The translations under genes and the position numbers were made by a program. From contig CAYYCA010000002.1 in the NCBI GenBank assembly GCA_964470265.1, positions 1 to 27,823 on the forward strand: DNA of 27,823 nt. Reading direction: 5' to 3'. Every line of letters starts with the position of its first letter. Position 1 is the stretch's first letter. Source of the stretch: an uncultured Fimbriimonadales bacterium. GTDB taxonomy: Bacteria; Armatimonadota; Fimbriimonadia; Fimbriimonadales; GBS-DC. Under the pieces are notes generated by a model. It did not search any database and was not told the DNA's origin. It worked only from the letters and a program-made list of their open reading frames with translations. Shown here in pieces: positions 1 to 7,775 of the stretch.

Positions 1-248
1 CTCAAGCGCAGATGGCTCTGACACGGGCGGGACGCCCGTGCCACGCAGTGTGGCTGGAGCATCTCGCTCAAGCGCAGATGGCTCTGACACGGGCGGGACG
101 CCCGTGCCACGCAGTGTGGCTTGAGCGTCCCGCTCAAGCATAGGAGACGCTGGTGGCTGCACGGGCGGGACGCCCGTGCTACGCGGTGTGGCTTGAGCGT
201 CTCGCTCAAGCGCAGATGGCTCTGACACGGGCGGGACGCCCGTGCCAC
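1..248. repeat. Tandem array of REPIN/BIME-like units (paired inverted REP palindromes), truncated by the window edge
   Basis: Units 1..44 (partial), 50..110, 116..182 and 188..248, period 66/66/72 nt. Each unit is GTGG-CTTGAGCG-TCT/TCC-CGCTCAAG, a linker, then CACGGGCG-GGA-CGCCCGTG-CCAC/CTAC. A GTGG/GTAG tetranucleotide 5' of a GC-rich palindrome is the known REP architecture. Confidence 0.9.
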
Positions 249-879
249 TGGAGGCTAAGAACGCAGGCTTGTAAAACTCCAGCACGCGTTCGACAATCTG
301 TTCAAGAGGCTGGTCGGGGCGCTCCATCATCCACTCCATCTGGCAAAGACGATAGAGACGGATGGCCTGATGCGCCAGTTCTTCCGCCGAAACATCGGTG
401 CGAAATTCGCCTGTGCGCTGTCCCGCTTCAAATCCCGTTCGTGCACGCTCGGTCGCCTCTTTGGTGATTTCCAGCATCTGCTCGCGCAACACCGAGCTGT
501 GGCAGCAAGCGACCATCATCGAACGCGCTATCTGAATCGAGCGTCCCTCGCGCTGCGCGATAAAGAGCATCACCTGCCGCAGCACTTCCCACTGACTCGG
601 CGCGTTCTCGGGCTGAAGCGAATCCAAGAATTCGTACACCTCGTCCGTCATGTCACGGATGTAGGCGTGCAGCAGGTGTTCTTTGGTGGGGAAATAGGTG
701 AAGAATGTGCCTTTGGCGACATCGGCGAGTTCCGTGATTTCCTCAACCGTGACCTGATCGAAGGGTTTTTCGTGCATCAACGCGAGCGCCGCCTCGATGA
801 GCCGCTGGCGGGTCTCCTCCCGACGGCGCTCGCGTCGATTCGCGTAGGGACGCGATGCGGTTGTGATAGCTCGTTCCAT
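1..879 (-). CDS. TetR/AcrR family transcriptional regulator; 3'-partial, no stop codon in the window, reads into the REP array
   Basis: Manual translation from ATG 879: MERAITTASRPYANRRERRREETRQRLIEAALALMHEKPFDQVTVEEITELADVAKGTFFTYFPTKEHLL..., a typical TetR HTH, and a C-terminal GQRTGEFRTDVSAEELA segment. Absent from the ORF track because it has no stop in the window. Confidence 0.9.
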   Translation of the reverse strand, partial: MERAITTASRPYANRRERRREETRQRLIEAALALMHEKPFDQVTVEEITELADVAKGTFFTYFPTKEHLLHAYIRDMTDEVYEFLDSLQPENAPSQWEVLRQVMLFIAQREGRSIQIARSMMVACCHSSVLREQMLEITKEATERARTGFEAGQRTGEFRTDVSAEELAHQAIRLYRLCQMEWMMERPDQPLEQIVERVLEFYKPAFLASSGTGVPPVSEPSALERDAQATPRSTGVPPVQPPASPMLERDAQATLRGTGVPPVSEPSALERDAPATLRGTGVPPVSEPSALE

Positions 880-902
880 AACGCTCGTTCTGATATGCAA
901 GT

Positions 903-926
903 GCTTGAGCGAGACGCTCAAGCCAC
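903..926 (-). repeat. Single REP palindrome in the tetR 5' leader
   Basis: Reverse complement is GTGG-CTTGAGCG-TCT-CGCTCAAG-C, identical to the array arm at 188..211. Confidence 0.85.
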
Positions 927-933
927 TGCAGGT

Positions 934-966
934 TTGAACCGACGGTCATTTCTGACCGTCGGTCAA
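934..966. promoter_or_regulatory. Putative TetR operator (double site)
   Basis: Perfect 10-bp inverted repeat CCGACGGTCA-tttc-TGACCGTCGG (939..962). The right half also contains the palindrome TGACC-GTC-GGTCA (953..965). It overlaps the expected start site of the tetR promoter. Confidence 0.7.
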
Positions 967-967
967 G

Positions 968-997
968 ATTATACCACAGGTCAGACGGATTTGTCAA
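968..997 (-). promoter_or_regulatory. Consensus sigma70 promoter of tetR
   Basis: Minus strand TTGACA (997..992), 18-nt spacer ending in TGG (extended -10), TATAAT (973..968). Confidence 0.85.
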
Positions 998-1004
998 GGG
1001 GGCG

Positions 1005-1832
1005 CTATGCGCTCCAGACTGTATCTACCTGCGCCCGCAGAAACGCCAGCGATTTCTGGAAGCCCGCGTCGCCCTGCGCCTGACCATCTTCGATGCTCAG
1101 GTAGCCCGCGTAGCCGTGCGCTTTCAGAATCTGCAGCAGGGGTTGGAACGGAACCGCGCCCTCGCCCAGCACACTGTGCTGGTACTCGCCCGGCAAACGG
1201 TCGCCCGCATGCACATGATGCACCTTGTGCGCCACGTGCTGCAAAATCGCCACAGGATCTGCGCCCGTCATCAGCGGGTTCGCGAAGTCGAAGTTTACGC
1301 GCACAGGCGTCGGCTCAATCTGCTCGAAAATCTGCAGGAAGCGTTCGGGCAGGAACGAGAAGTCCTCGCGCGTCCACAGGCGGTCTTTGTAGTGGTTCTC
1401 GTAGCAGGGATACACGCCACAGGGCACAGCGTACTCGGCGAGTTTGACCATGCACTCCACGGCGTACTGAACGGCGTCGCTGGGTTCCACGCCGTCGTGA
1501 ACCATGCCGGCGGTGGTGCGCACGGCGTTTGCGCCGAGTTCCGCCGCCCAGTCCACGCGCTGTTTCATCGCGTCCAGTTCGGCGGCTCGCACGGCGGGGT
1601 CGGGGTTCGTAAAGTCGGGCGCGCAGGTAATCTGGCTCACACGCAGCTCCAGCGCGTTCAGCTCGGCTTTCACCTGCGGCAGGTTCTCGTTGCTGAGAAA
1701 AGCGTGATAGATCTCCACCGCCTGCACGCCAAACATAGGGGCTTGACGCAGCCAGTCCAACACCGTCATCTGCCCCTGCAGAATCGGGTGAATCAGGCGC
1801 ACGGGCATCCACGCAATCGTCGGCTTAGCCAT
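1005..1832 (-). CDS. Sugar phosphate isomerase/epimerase (xylose isomerase-like TIM barrel)
   Basis: Metal-binding motifs YENH, NFDFAN, HVHAGD and YLSIED. Start placed at ATG 1832, which overlaps the rbfA stop by 8 nt. Confidence 0.8.
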   Translation of the reverse strand: MAKPTIAWMPVRLIHPILQGQMTVLDWLRQAPMFGVQAVEIYHAFLSNENLPQVKAELNALELRVSQITCAPDFTNPDPAVRAAELDAMKQRVDWAAELGANAVRTTAGMVHDGVEPSDAVQYAVECMVKLAEYAVPCGVYPCYENHYKDRLWTREDFSFLPERFLQIFEQIEPTPVRVNFDFANPLMTGADPVAILQHVAHKVHHVHAGDRLPGEYQHSVLGEGAVPFQPLLQILKAHGYAGYLSIEDGQAQGDAGFQKSLAFLRAQVDTVWSA

Positions 1833-2157
1833 CTTTGAGTAAGCGGGCGATTCGATCCGCATCACGGAGCGAGGGGTCGTCGACAAACACCAGTTTCGGG
1901 ATGCGCTTCAGGTGCAACCGTTTGCCCAGCAGCCCCTTGATATAGCCCGCCGAGTGTTGCAGCTTATCCAGCGTCTGCTTGCGCCGTCGCTCGTCGCCCA
2001 ATACGCTGACATAAACCGTTGCCTGTGAAAGGTCGCGCGCGACCTTCACGCCCGTAATCGTCGCCAAGCCTAAATCCTGTCCTGCTAAATCCTTCAATAG
2101 CACCTGACTGAGTTCGGCAGTCAGGAGCGATTCCAGCCGTTCCATGCGTCCGCCCAT
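1825..2157 (-). CDS. rbfA: 30S ribosome-binding factor A
   Basis: TITGVKVARDLSQATVYVSVLG...GKRLHLKRIPKLVFVDD matches RbfA; SD AAGGAGG 6 nt before ATG 2157; follows ylxP. Confidence 0.9.
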   Translation of the reverse strand: MGGRMERLESLLTAELSQVLLKDLAGQDLGLATITGVKVARDLSQATVYVSVLGDERRRKQTLDKLQHSAGYIKGLLGKRLHLKRIPKLVFVDDPSLRDADRIARLLKDG

Positions 2158-2171
2158 TGGCGTCCTCCTTG

Positions 2172-2459
2172 TCAAAGTAGCTCTAAATGGCTTTCCAGTA
2201 GCATGATACGCCCGTCGGTCTCCAGGCGTTCCAGTACGGTATCCAGTACCCGATTGACAAAGTCGGTCTGGTTGCCCACGCACGCTATTGCGATGCACGC
2301 CCGCTGGTGCAAATCGTGGTGGTCGACTTCCGCGATGGAGAGGTTGAAGTCGTTGCGCAGGCGCGTAATCAGGCTCTGCACCACCTGTCGCTTCTCCTTC
2401 AGCGAGCGACAACCGCCAATATGGAGTTCGACGGTCAAAACGCCAATCCGTGCCGCCAT
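2172..2459 (-). CDS. ylxP: DUF503 (YlxP-like) protein
   Basis: LTVELHIGGCRSLKEKRQVVQSL...FNLSIAEVDHHDLHQRA matches DUF503; normally adjacent to rbfA. Confidence 0.9.
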   Translation of the reverse strand: MAARIGVLTVELHIGGCRSLKEKRQVVQSLITRLRNDFNLSIAEVDHHDLHQRACIAIACVGNQTDFVNRVLDTVLERLETDGRIMLLESHLELL

Positions 2460-2467
2460 TTGAGAGA

Positions 2468-2477
2468 AGTATACCTG
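2468..2477 (-). promoter_or_regulatory. -10 element CAGG-TATACT, 8 nt before the ylxP ATG (leaderless or short leader)
   Basis: Minus strand CAGGTATACT-tctctcaa-ATG; no SD. Confidence 0.6.
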
Positions 2478-2479
2478 TT

Positions 2480-2504
2480 GTGGCTTGGGCAGTCGTGTCC
2501 AAGC
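2480..2504 (+). repeat. REP palindrome, subtype with ACA-GTCS-TGT core
   Basis: GTGG-CTTGGGCA-GTCG-TGTCCAAG-C, nearly identical to the REP at 15790..15814. Confidence 0.7.
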
Positions 2505-2570
2505 GCGGCGGTTTCTGATACCTGTCAGGGTTTCTGATGGCTACCCCTTTGAGAGAAGAAAACCGTGTTT

Positions 2571-2580
2571 CAGGTATCCT
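2571..2580 (+). promoter_or_regulatory. -10 element CAGG-TATCCT, 9 nt before the lspA ATG
   Basis: CAGGTATCCT-atttccgcg-ATG; no SD. Confidence 0.5.
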
Positions 2581-2589
2581 ATTTCCGCG

Positions 2590-3057
2590 ATGTTCTGGCG
2601 CGCGGCGATAGCAGTGTTCCTGCTGGATCAACTCACCAAACTCTGGGCAACGGCAAGCCTGACCTTAGACCAGTCAGTTCCTGTGTTGCCCCCCTACTTC
2701 TATTTCACCCTTACGCACAATACAGGGATTGCATTTGGACTGCTGGAGGGGCGCGGCTGGCTCACGATTCCGCTTACCCTCTGTGTCGCGGGGGGACTAA
2801 TCTGGTATCACTATCGGCATAAGCCGTCGCGCGTCGTGCAACTATTGACAGGGCTGCTGCTGGGGGGCGCGCTGGGCAATTTTATTGACCGTCTCCGACT
2901 GGGCTATGTGGTGGATATGTTCGACTTCGTGGTGTGGCCCGTGTTCAATGTAGCGGACATCGCGATTACCTGCTCCTTGCTGGGACTGATGGCGTTGCAA
3001 TTTTTCGGCGCACGCGAGACAGAGCCGGTCGGCGCTGCTGAGGAGCCGCCCCGATGA
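2590..3057 (+). CDS. lspA: Lipoprotein signal peptidase II
   Basis: LDQLTK, NTGIAFG, GALGNFIDR, VVD and WPVFNVAD motifs. Start set at ATG 2590; the ORF-track extension looks non-coding. Confidence 0.93.
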   Translation: MFWRAAIAVFLLDQLTKLWATASLTLDQSVPVLPPYFYFTLTHNTGIAFGLLEGRGWLTIPLTLCVAGGLIWYHYRHKPSRVVQLLTGLLLGGALGNFIDRLRLGYVVDMFDFVVWPVFNVADIAITCSLLGLMALQFFGARETEPVGAAEEPPR

Positions 3058-3848
3058 GACCTGAACTCGTCAAAATCGGACCCGTCACGCTCTACACCTA
3101 CGGCTTCATGTGGATGGTGGGCATCTGGCTCGCTGTGTGGCGGGCGCTACGCTACGCGCCGCGCTACGGAATCAAACAGGACGATGTACTGGATATCGCC
3201 TTCTGGAGCGTCGCGCTGGGGATTGTGGGGGGACGACTTGCGTTCGTAATCACCAACTGGTCGCAATACGCGCCCGATCCGCTCAGTGTGTTTCGAGTAT
3301 GGGAAGGGGGGATGTCGTACTTTGGGGGCTTCGGTCTGGCGATAGTGACGGCGATTTATCTGATCCGCAGGCGCGCCATCCCTATCTGGCAACTGGGCGA
3401 TTTAGCCGCGCCGTCGCTCGCGCTGGGCTACGCAATTGCGCGTATCGGGTGCTTCGGCGCGGGATGCTGCTACGGCGCGCCCACTGACCTGCCGTGGGGC
3501 GTGCGGTTCCCTGGAATGGATCACCCTGTGCATCCTACGCAGCTCTATGCGACTGGGATGAACCTGCTGATTTTCGCAATTCTCTCCGTCTGGGCGACGC
3601 GCCGTCGGTTCGAGGGGCAACTTTTTGCGAGTTTTCTCATGCTGCACGGGCTGTATCGGTTCATCAACGAGTTCTTTCGCGCGGGCGCGACCTCGAAGCT
3701 GATGGTGGGTATGTTCACTTATGGGCATCTGGTTGCGCTGCTGGTCGTTCTGATTGGGGCGGGGCTGTATGCTGTGCTGGCTCAGCGGGCGAAGCAGGTA
3801 TACTCTCTGCCGACGGAGAGAGACGACCATGGCAGGCTACGCCCCTGA
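3054..3848 (+). CDS. lgt: Prolipoprotein diacylglyceryl transferase
   Basis: YTYG, WEGGMS, ARIGCF, HPTQLY and RFINEFFR motifs; ATGA overlap with lspA. Confidence 0.92.
   Translation: MRPELVKIGPVTLYTYGFMWMVGIWLAVWRALRYAPRYGIKQDDVLDIAFWSVALGIVGGRLAFVITNWSQYAPDPLSVFRVWEGGMSYFGGFGLAIVTAIYLIRRRAIPIWQLGDLAAPSLALGYAIARIGCFGAGCCYGAPTDLPWGVRFPGMDHPVHPTQLYATGMNLLIFAILSVWATRRRFEGQLFASFLMLHGLYRFINEFFRAGATSKLMVGMFTYGHLVALLVVLIGAGLYAVLAQRAKQVYSLPTERDDHGRLRP
3795..3804 (+). promoter_or_regulatory. Putative internal -10 element CAGG-TATACT for tkt, inside the lgt 3' end
   Basis: Same 10-mer as before ylxP and alaS; followed by GGAG and the tkt ATG 24 nt later. Confidence 0.45.
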
Positions 3849-5700
3849 ACTGATTACGGCTTTACAGGCGAAAGCGAACCTTCTGCGCATTCATTCCATC
3901 CGCACGACGACGAAAGCAGGCTCTGGGCATCCCACCACCTGCCTGTCGGCGGCGGATCTGGTCGCCGCGCTGTTTTTCCACGCGCTGCGCTACGATGTGC
4001 CGAACCCGCGCAACCCGCTCAATGACCGCGTGATTTTCTCTAAGGGGCACGCAGCGCCGCTGCTGTATGCGGCGTGGGCGGAGGCAGGCGCGTTCCCGAT
4101 TGAGCATTTAGACACCCTGCGCGAGTTCGAGAGCGATTTAGAGGGGCACCCCACGCCGCGCTTTGCATGGTACGGCGCAGCGACTGGCTCGCTGGGGCAG
4201 GGACTCTCCATCGCGGCGGGCATGGCGCTTGCGCTGCAGCGCGACGGCGTTCCCGCAAAGGTTTACTGCCTGATGGGCGATGGCGAGACCGCAGAGGGCG
4301 CGGTCTGGGAAGCCGCCGCCTTCGCGAGTTATTACAAACTGAACAACCTGATTGCGCTGGTCGATGTGAATCGTCAAGGTCAGAGCCAACCAACAATGCT
4401 TCAGCACGATCTGGACACTTACCAGCGTCGGTTCGAGGCGTTCGGCTGGCAGGTTCTCGCCATCGATGGGCACGACATGGCGCAGATTTTGAATGCGCTG
4501 GACGCGGCGCAAGCGGCGGAGCGACCTGTCGCCATCCTCGCCCGCACACTGAAGGGTAAGGGGGCGTCTGCCGTGGAAGACAAAGAGGGCTGGCACGGCA
4601 AACCGCTGCCGCCCGACCTCGCGCAGCAGGCGATTGCTGAACTGCAGCCGACGCCTGAGCAACTGGAGCTTGCCTCGCAGCTGCGCGTGCAGCCCCCGCG
4701 CGAGGGACGCGCGCCCATACATCCTGCCGAAATCCCCGCCGTGAGCCTGCCCGCCTACGAACTCGGCGCACAGGTCGCTACACGCGAGGCATACGGCGAC
4801 GCTTTAGTGGCTCTGGGGCGCGCGGACGCCCGAATCTACGCGCTCGACGGCGATGTGAAGAACTCCACCTTCTCCGAGAAGTACCTCAAGGCGTTCCCCG
4901 ACCGATTCGTGGAGTGTTTTATTGCCGAGCAGAACCTGGTGGGCGCGGCGGTCGGCGCGGCGGAGTGCGGCAAAATCCCCTTCGCCTCCAGCTTCGCCTG
5001 TTTTCTCTCGCGCGCCTATGACTTCATCCGCATGGCGGCGATTGGCAGGGCGAATGTGAAGTTCTGCGGCTCGCATGCGGGCGTGTCCATCGGCGAAGAC
5101 GGTCCGTCGCAGATGGGGCTGGAAGACCTCGCGATGTTCCGCGCCATTCCTGACGCGGTCGTGCTGTACCCCTCCGACGCCGTGTCCACGGTGAAGCTGG
5201 TGGAGCAGGCGGCGCGGTATCGGGGAATCGCCTACATTCGCACCACCCGCCCCAAAACGCCCGTGATTTACTCGAACGACGAGGCGTTCCCGATTGGCGG
5301 CTGCAAGCTCGTGCGCCAATCCCCGCACGATGTGGTCACTGTCGTCGGCGCAGGCATCACGCTGCATGAGGCGTTGAAAGCGCATGAGCAGTTGCAGCGC
5401 GAAGGGCTTGCCATCCGCGTGATTGACCTCTACTCGGTGAAGCCTATCGACGCGGAGACGCTGATTCGCAGCGGGCAGCTGACCAACGGCGTAATAATCA
5501 CGGTGGAGGATCACTACCCCGAAGGCGGACTGGGCGAGGCGGTCGCGGCGGCGGTCAACGGCTACGGGATTCGCGTCCATCGGCTGGCAGTGCGCGAAGT
5601 GCCCCGTTCGGGCAAACCCGAAACCCTGCTCGCAGCGTATGGCATCGACGCGCAGGCGATTATCGAGGCGGTGCGCGCCGTCGCACAGGGGGCGGCTTAG
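3829..5700 (+). CDS. tkt: Transketolase (623 aa, single chain)
   Basis: GSGHPTTCLS, KGHAAP, EGHPTP, ATGSLGQG, TPP-binding GDGE...N, FIAEQN, GEDGPSQ and VEDHY motifs; SD GGAG before ATG 3829. Confidence 0.92.
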   Translation: MAGYAPELITALQAKANLLRIHSIRTTTKAGSGHPTTCLSAADLVAALFFHALRYDVPNPRNPLNDRVIFSKGHAAPLLYAAWAEAGAFPIEHLDTLREFESDLEGHPTPRFAWYGAATGSLGQGLSIAAGMALALQRDGVPAKVYCLMGDGETAEGAVWEAAAFASYYKLNNLIALVDVNRQGQSQPTMLQHDLDTYQRRFEAFGWQVLAIDGHDMAQILNALDAAQAAERPVAILARTLKGKGASAVEDKEGWHGKPLPPDLAQQAIAELQPTPEQLELASQLRVQPPREGRAPIHPAEIPAVSLPAYELGAQVATREAYGDALVALGRADARIYALDGDVKNSTFSEKYLKAFPDRFVECFIAEQNLVGAAVGAAECGKIPFASSFACFLSRAYDFIRMAAIGRANVKFCGSHAGVSIGEDGPSQMGLEDLAMFRAIPDAVVLYPSDAVSTVKLVEQAARYRGIAYIRTTRPKTPVIYSNDEAFPIGGCKLVRQSPHDVVTVVGAGITLHEALKAHEQLQREGLAIRVIDLYSVKPIDAETLIRSGQLTNGVIITVEDHYPEGGLGEAVAAAVNGYGIRVHRLAVREVPRSGKPETLLAAYGIDAQAIIEAVRAVAQGAA

Positions 5701-5710
5701 CAGGTACACT
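5701..5710 (+). promoter_or_regulatory. -10 element CAGG-TACACT, 8 nt before the moxR ATG
   Basis: CAGGTACACT-ttaccctg-ATG; no SD. Confidence 0.55.
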
Positions 5711-5718
5711 TTACCCTG

Positions 5719-6711
5719 ATGATTCAGGAAACCACAACCCCCTGGCTCTCGGAGACAGAAGCTCATGCAGTGGCGGAGCAGGCGCGCGCCATCATACGCG
5801 CCGTCGAGCAGGTGATTCTGGGCAAGAGCGAGACGGTGCGCATGATGGTCATCGGTCTGCTCAGCGGCGGGCACTTGCTGATTGAAGACATCCCTGGCGT
5901 AGGCAAGACCACGCTGGCGCGTGCGATTGCCAAAGCGATTGGCGGGCAGTTCCGCCGCATCCAGTTCACGCCCGACCTGCTGCCCGCCGATGTCACTGGC
6001 TCCGTGATTTACAATCAGGCGCGCGGCGCGTTCGAGTTCCACCCTGGTCCGATTTTTGCGAACATCGTGCTGGCGGACGAGATTAATCGCGCCACGCCGA
6101 AAACGCAATCCGCTCTGTTGGAGGCGATGGAGGAGCGTACGGTCTCGGTCGAGGGCGAGTCGCACCCTCTGCCGCAGCCGTTCCTCGTAATCGCCACGCA
6201 GAACAATATTGAGATGGTGGGCACATATCCCCTGCCGGAGGCGCAGATGGATCGCTTCTTCGCGCGTATCTCGCTGGGCTACCCTTCGCCCGAAGTGGAG
6301 GCGCAGATTTTGGAGACCCGCCAGCTCGACTCGCCGCTGGAGCAGCTCCAGCCGGTGCTGACGCCGGAGCAACTGGTGGCGCTGCAGCATCAGACGCGGC
6401 GCGTGTATCTCAGCCCTGCCGTGCGTCGTTATCTGGTCGAGGTCGTGAGCGCGACGCGCCGCCATCCGAAGGTGGCGCTGGGGGCAAGCCCGCGCGCGTC
6501 GCTCGCGCTGATGCTCGGCGCACAGGCGCACGCCCTGCTCGCCAATCGCAACTATGTCTCCCCCGACGATGTGCAACAGATGGCGATTCCCGTGCTGGCG
6601 CACCGCCTGATGCTCCGTTCGGACGGCATGGGCGCAACGCGCGCCGAGACCGTGATTCGAGAGATTCTGAACCAGGTTCCCGTGCCGATAGGGAGCGACG
6701 CGCCTGTATGA
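5719..6711 (+). CDS. MoxR family AAA+ ATPase
   Basis: EDIPGVGKTT (Walker A), RIQFTPDLLPADVTG, LADEINRATPKTQSALLEAMEE, YPLPEAQMDRF and GASPRA. Confidence 0.95.
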   Translation: MIQETTTPWLSETEAHAVAEQARAIIRAVEQVILGKSETVRMMVIGLLSGGHLLIEDIPGVGKTTLARAIAKAIGGQFRRIQFTPDLLPADVTGSVIYNQARGAFEFHPGPIFANIVLADEINRATPKTQSALLEAMEERTVSVEGESHPLPQPFLVIATQNNIEMVGTYPLPEAQMDRFFARISLGYPSPEVEAQILETRQLDSPLEQLQPVLTPEQLVALQHQTRRVYLSPAVRRYLVEVVSATRRHPKVALGASPRASLALMLGAQAHALLANRNYVSPDDVQQMAIPVLAHRLMLRSDGMGATRAETVIREILNQVPVPIGSDAPV

Positions 6712-7775
6712 GAGAGTATAAACTGACCGCGCTGATGGCGGCGACCTCGTTCCTGCTCTGTTCAGGGCTGATGACGAACAACCGCCAGATGTATTGGATG
6801 GCGAGCGTGCTGGGCGCGCTGATGCTGGGCGCATACCTGCTGGTCAAGCGCGGCGCACAGAGACCCAGCGTCGTTCGTCAGTGCCCGCCCGAAATGGTGG
6901 AGGGCGAAACCGTCGAGGCGCAGCTCGAGGTCGCGCTGCAGGCGCGCGCTGGCTTGCTCTGGGTGCAGGCGCAGGATACCGCCACCTCGGGGCTGGCGAT
7001 TGAACCGATTGAAACGGAGCCGATTAGCCTGTTTAGCGGCGCAGCGCGCTACCACCTCACCGCCCTGCGCCGCGGGGAACAACGGCTCGGACCCGTGCAA
7101 TTAACGCTCTCCGATCCGTTCGGGCTGTTTATTCACCATCAGCAGATTGAGGACATCGCGCCGATTCTCGTGCTGCCGCGCCCTGTGGCGCTGCCGAACT
7201 GGAACTGGGAAGGCGGCGGACGCGGGCGGTTTGTTGCCTCGACCCTGCGCGGGCGACGCGGCGAAGGTACAGACTGGCACGGCGTGCGCCCCTATATTCC
7301 GGGCGACCCACTGCGCCGCATCCACTGGCGCGCGACCGCCCGCCACGGCGACTGGCATGTGAAAGAGTTCGAGACGAGCCAGCTCGCGCCCACTGTGATT
7401 GCCCTTGAACAAGCCCCCACATGGCGCGCCGAGGGCGACGCCTACCCCGATTTCGATCAGGCAATCCGCCATATCGCGTGGATTGCGCTGGAAGCGCCTC
7501 GGCAGGGTGTGGCGCTGATTCTCGTCGGTTCGAACCTGCCCGAAATCCGCCTCACGCCCGAAACTTACGCCGACTCGCGCGTTCTGTTGCGCCAGCTCGC
7601 CCGCGTCCAGCCCGACGCGCGCCACTCGATTCTGGACGACCTCCCGCGCCTGATTCAGCAGTACGGCGAGCAGTATCGCATCGCGCTCTTCGCGCCGCCG
7701 CAGGAATACAGCGTGTTCCAGGCAAAGGCACAAAGTTATCAGGCGCAGGGTTATTCGGTAGAGGTCTATGCGTGA
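6708..7775 (+). CDS. DUF58 domain membrane protein (usual MoxR partner)
   Basis: Two N-terminal hydrophobic helices; RPYIPGDPLRRIHWRATAR...VKEFE signature; ATGA overlap with moxR. Confidence 0.92.
   Translation: MREYKLTALMAATSFLLCSGLMTNNRQMYWMASVLGALMLGAYLLVKRGAQRPSVVRQCPPEMVEGETVEAQLEVALQARAGLLWVQAQDTATSGLAIEPIETEPISLFSGAARYHLTALRRGEQRLGPVQLTLSDPFGLFIHHQQIEDIAPILVLPRPVALPNWNWEGGGRGRFVASTLRGRRGEGTDWHGVRPYIPGDPLRRIHWRATARHGDWHVKEFETSQLAPTVIALEQAPTWRAEGDAYPDFDQAIRHIAWIALEAPRQGVALILVGSNLPEIRLTPETYADSRVLLRQLARVQPDARHSILDDLPRLIQQYGEQYRIALFAPPQEYSVFQAKAQSYQAQGYSVEVYA

Noticed and set aside
1-248. CRISPR array
   Set aside because: The linkers between palindromes are themselves repeated rather than unique spacers, two different palindromes alternate, the same arms occur dispersed elsewhere, and no cas genes are present.
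370-1083. 237-aa plus-strand ORF (also 153..467 and 743..997)
   Set aside because: Antisense or alternate-frame shadows of the TetR gene and its promoter; no recognisable motifs.
4804-6834. 676-aa minus-strand ORF
   Set aside because: Antisense shadow of tkt and moxR, expected from GC-rich codon bias; no domain signal.
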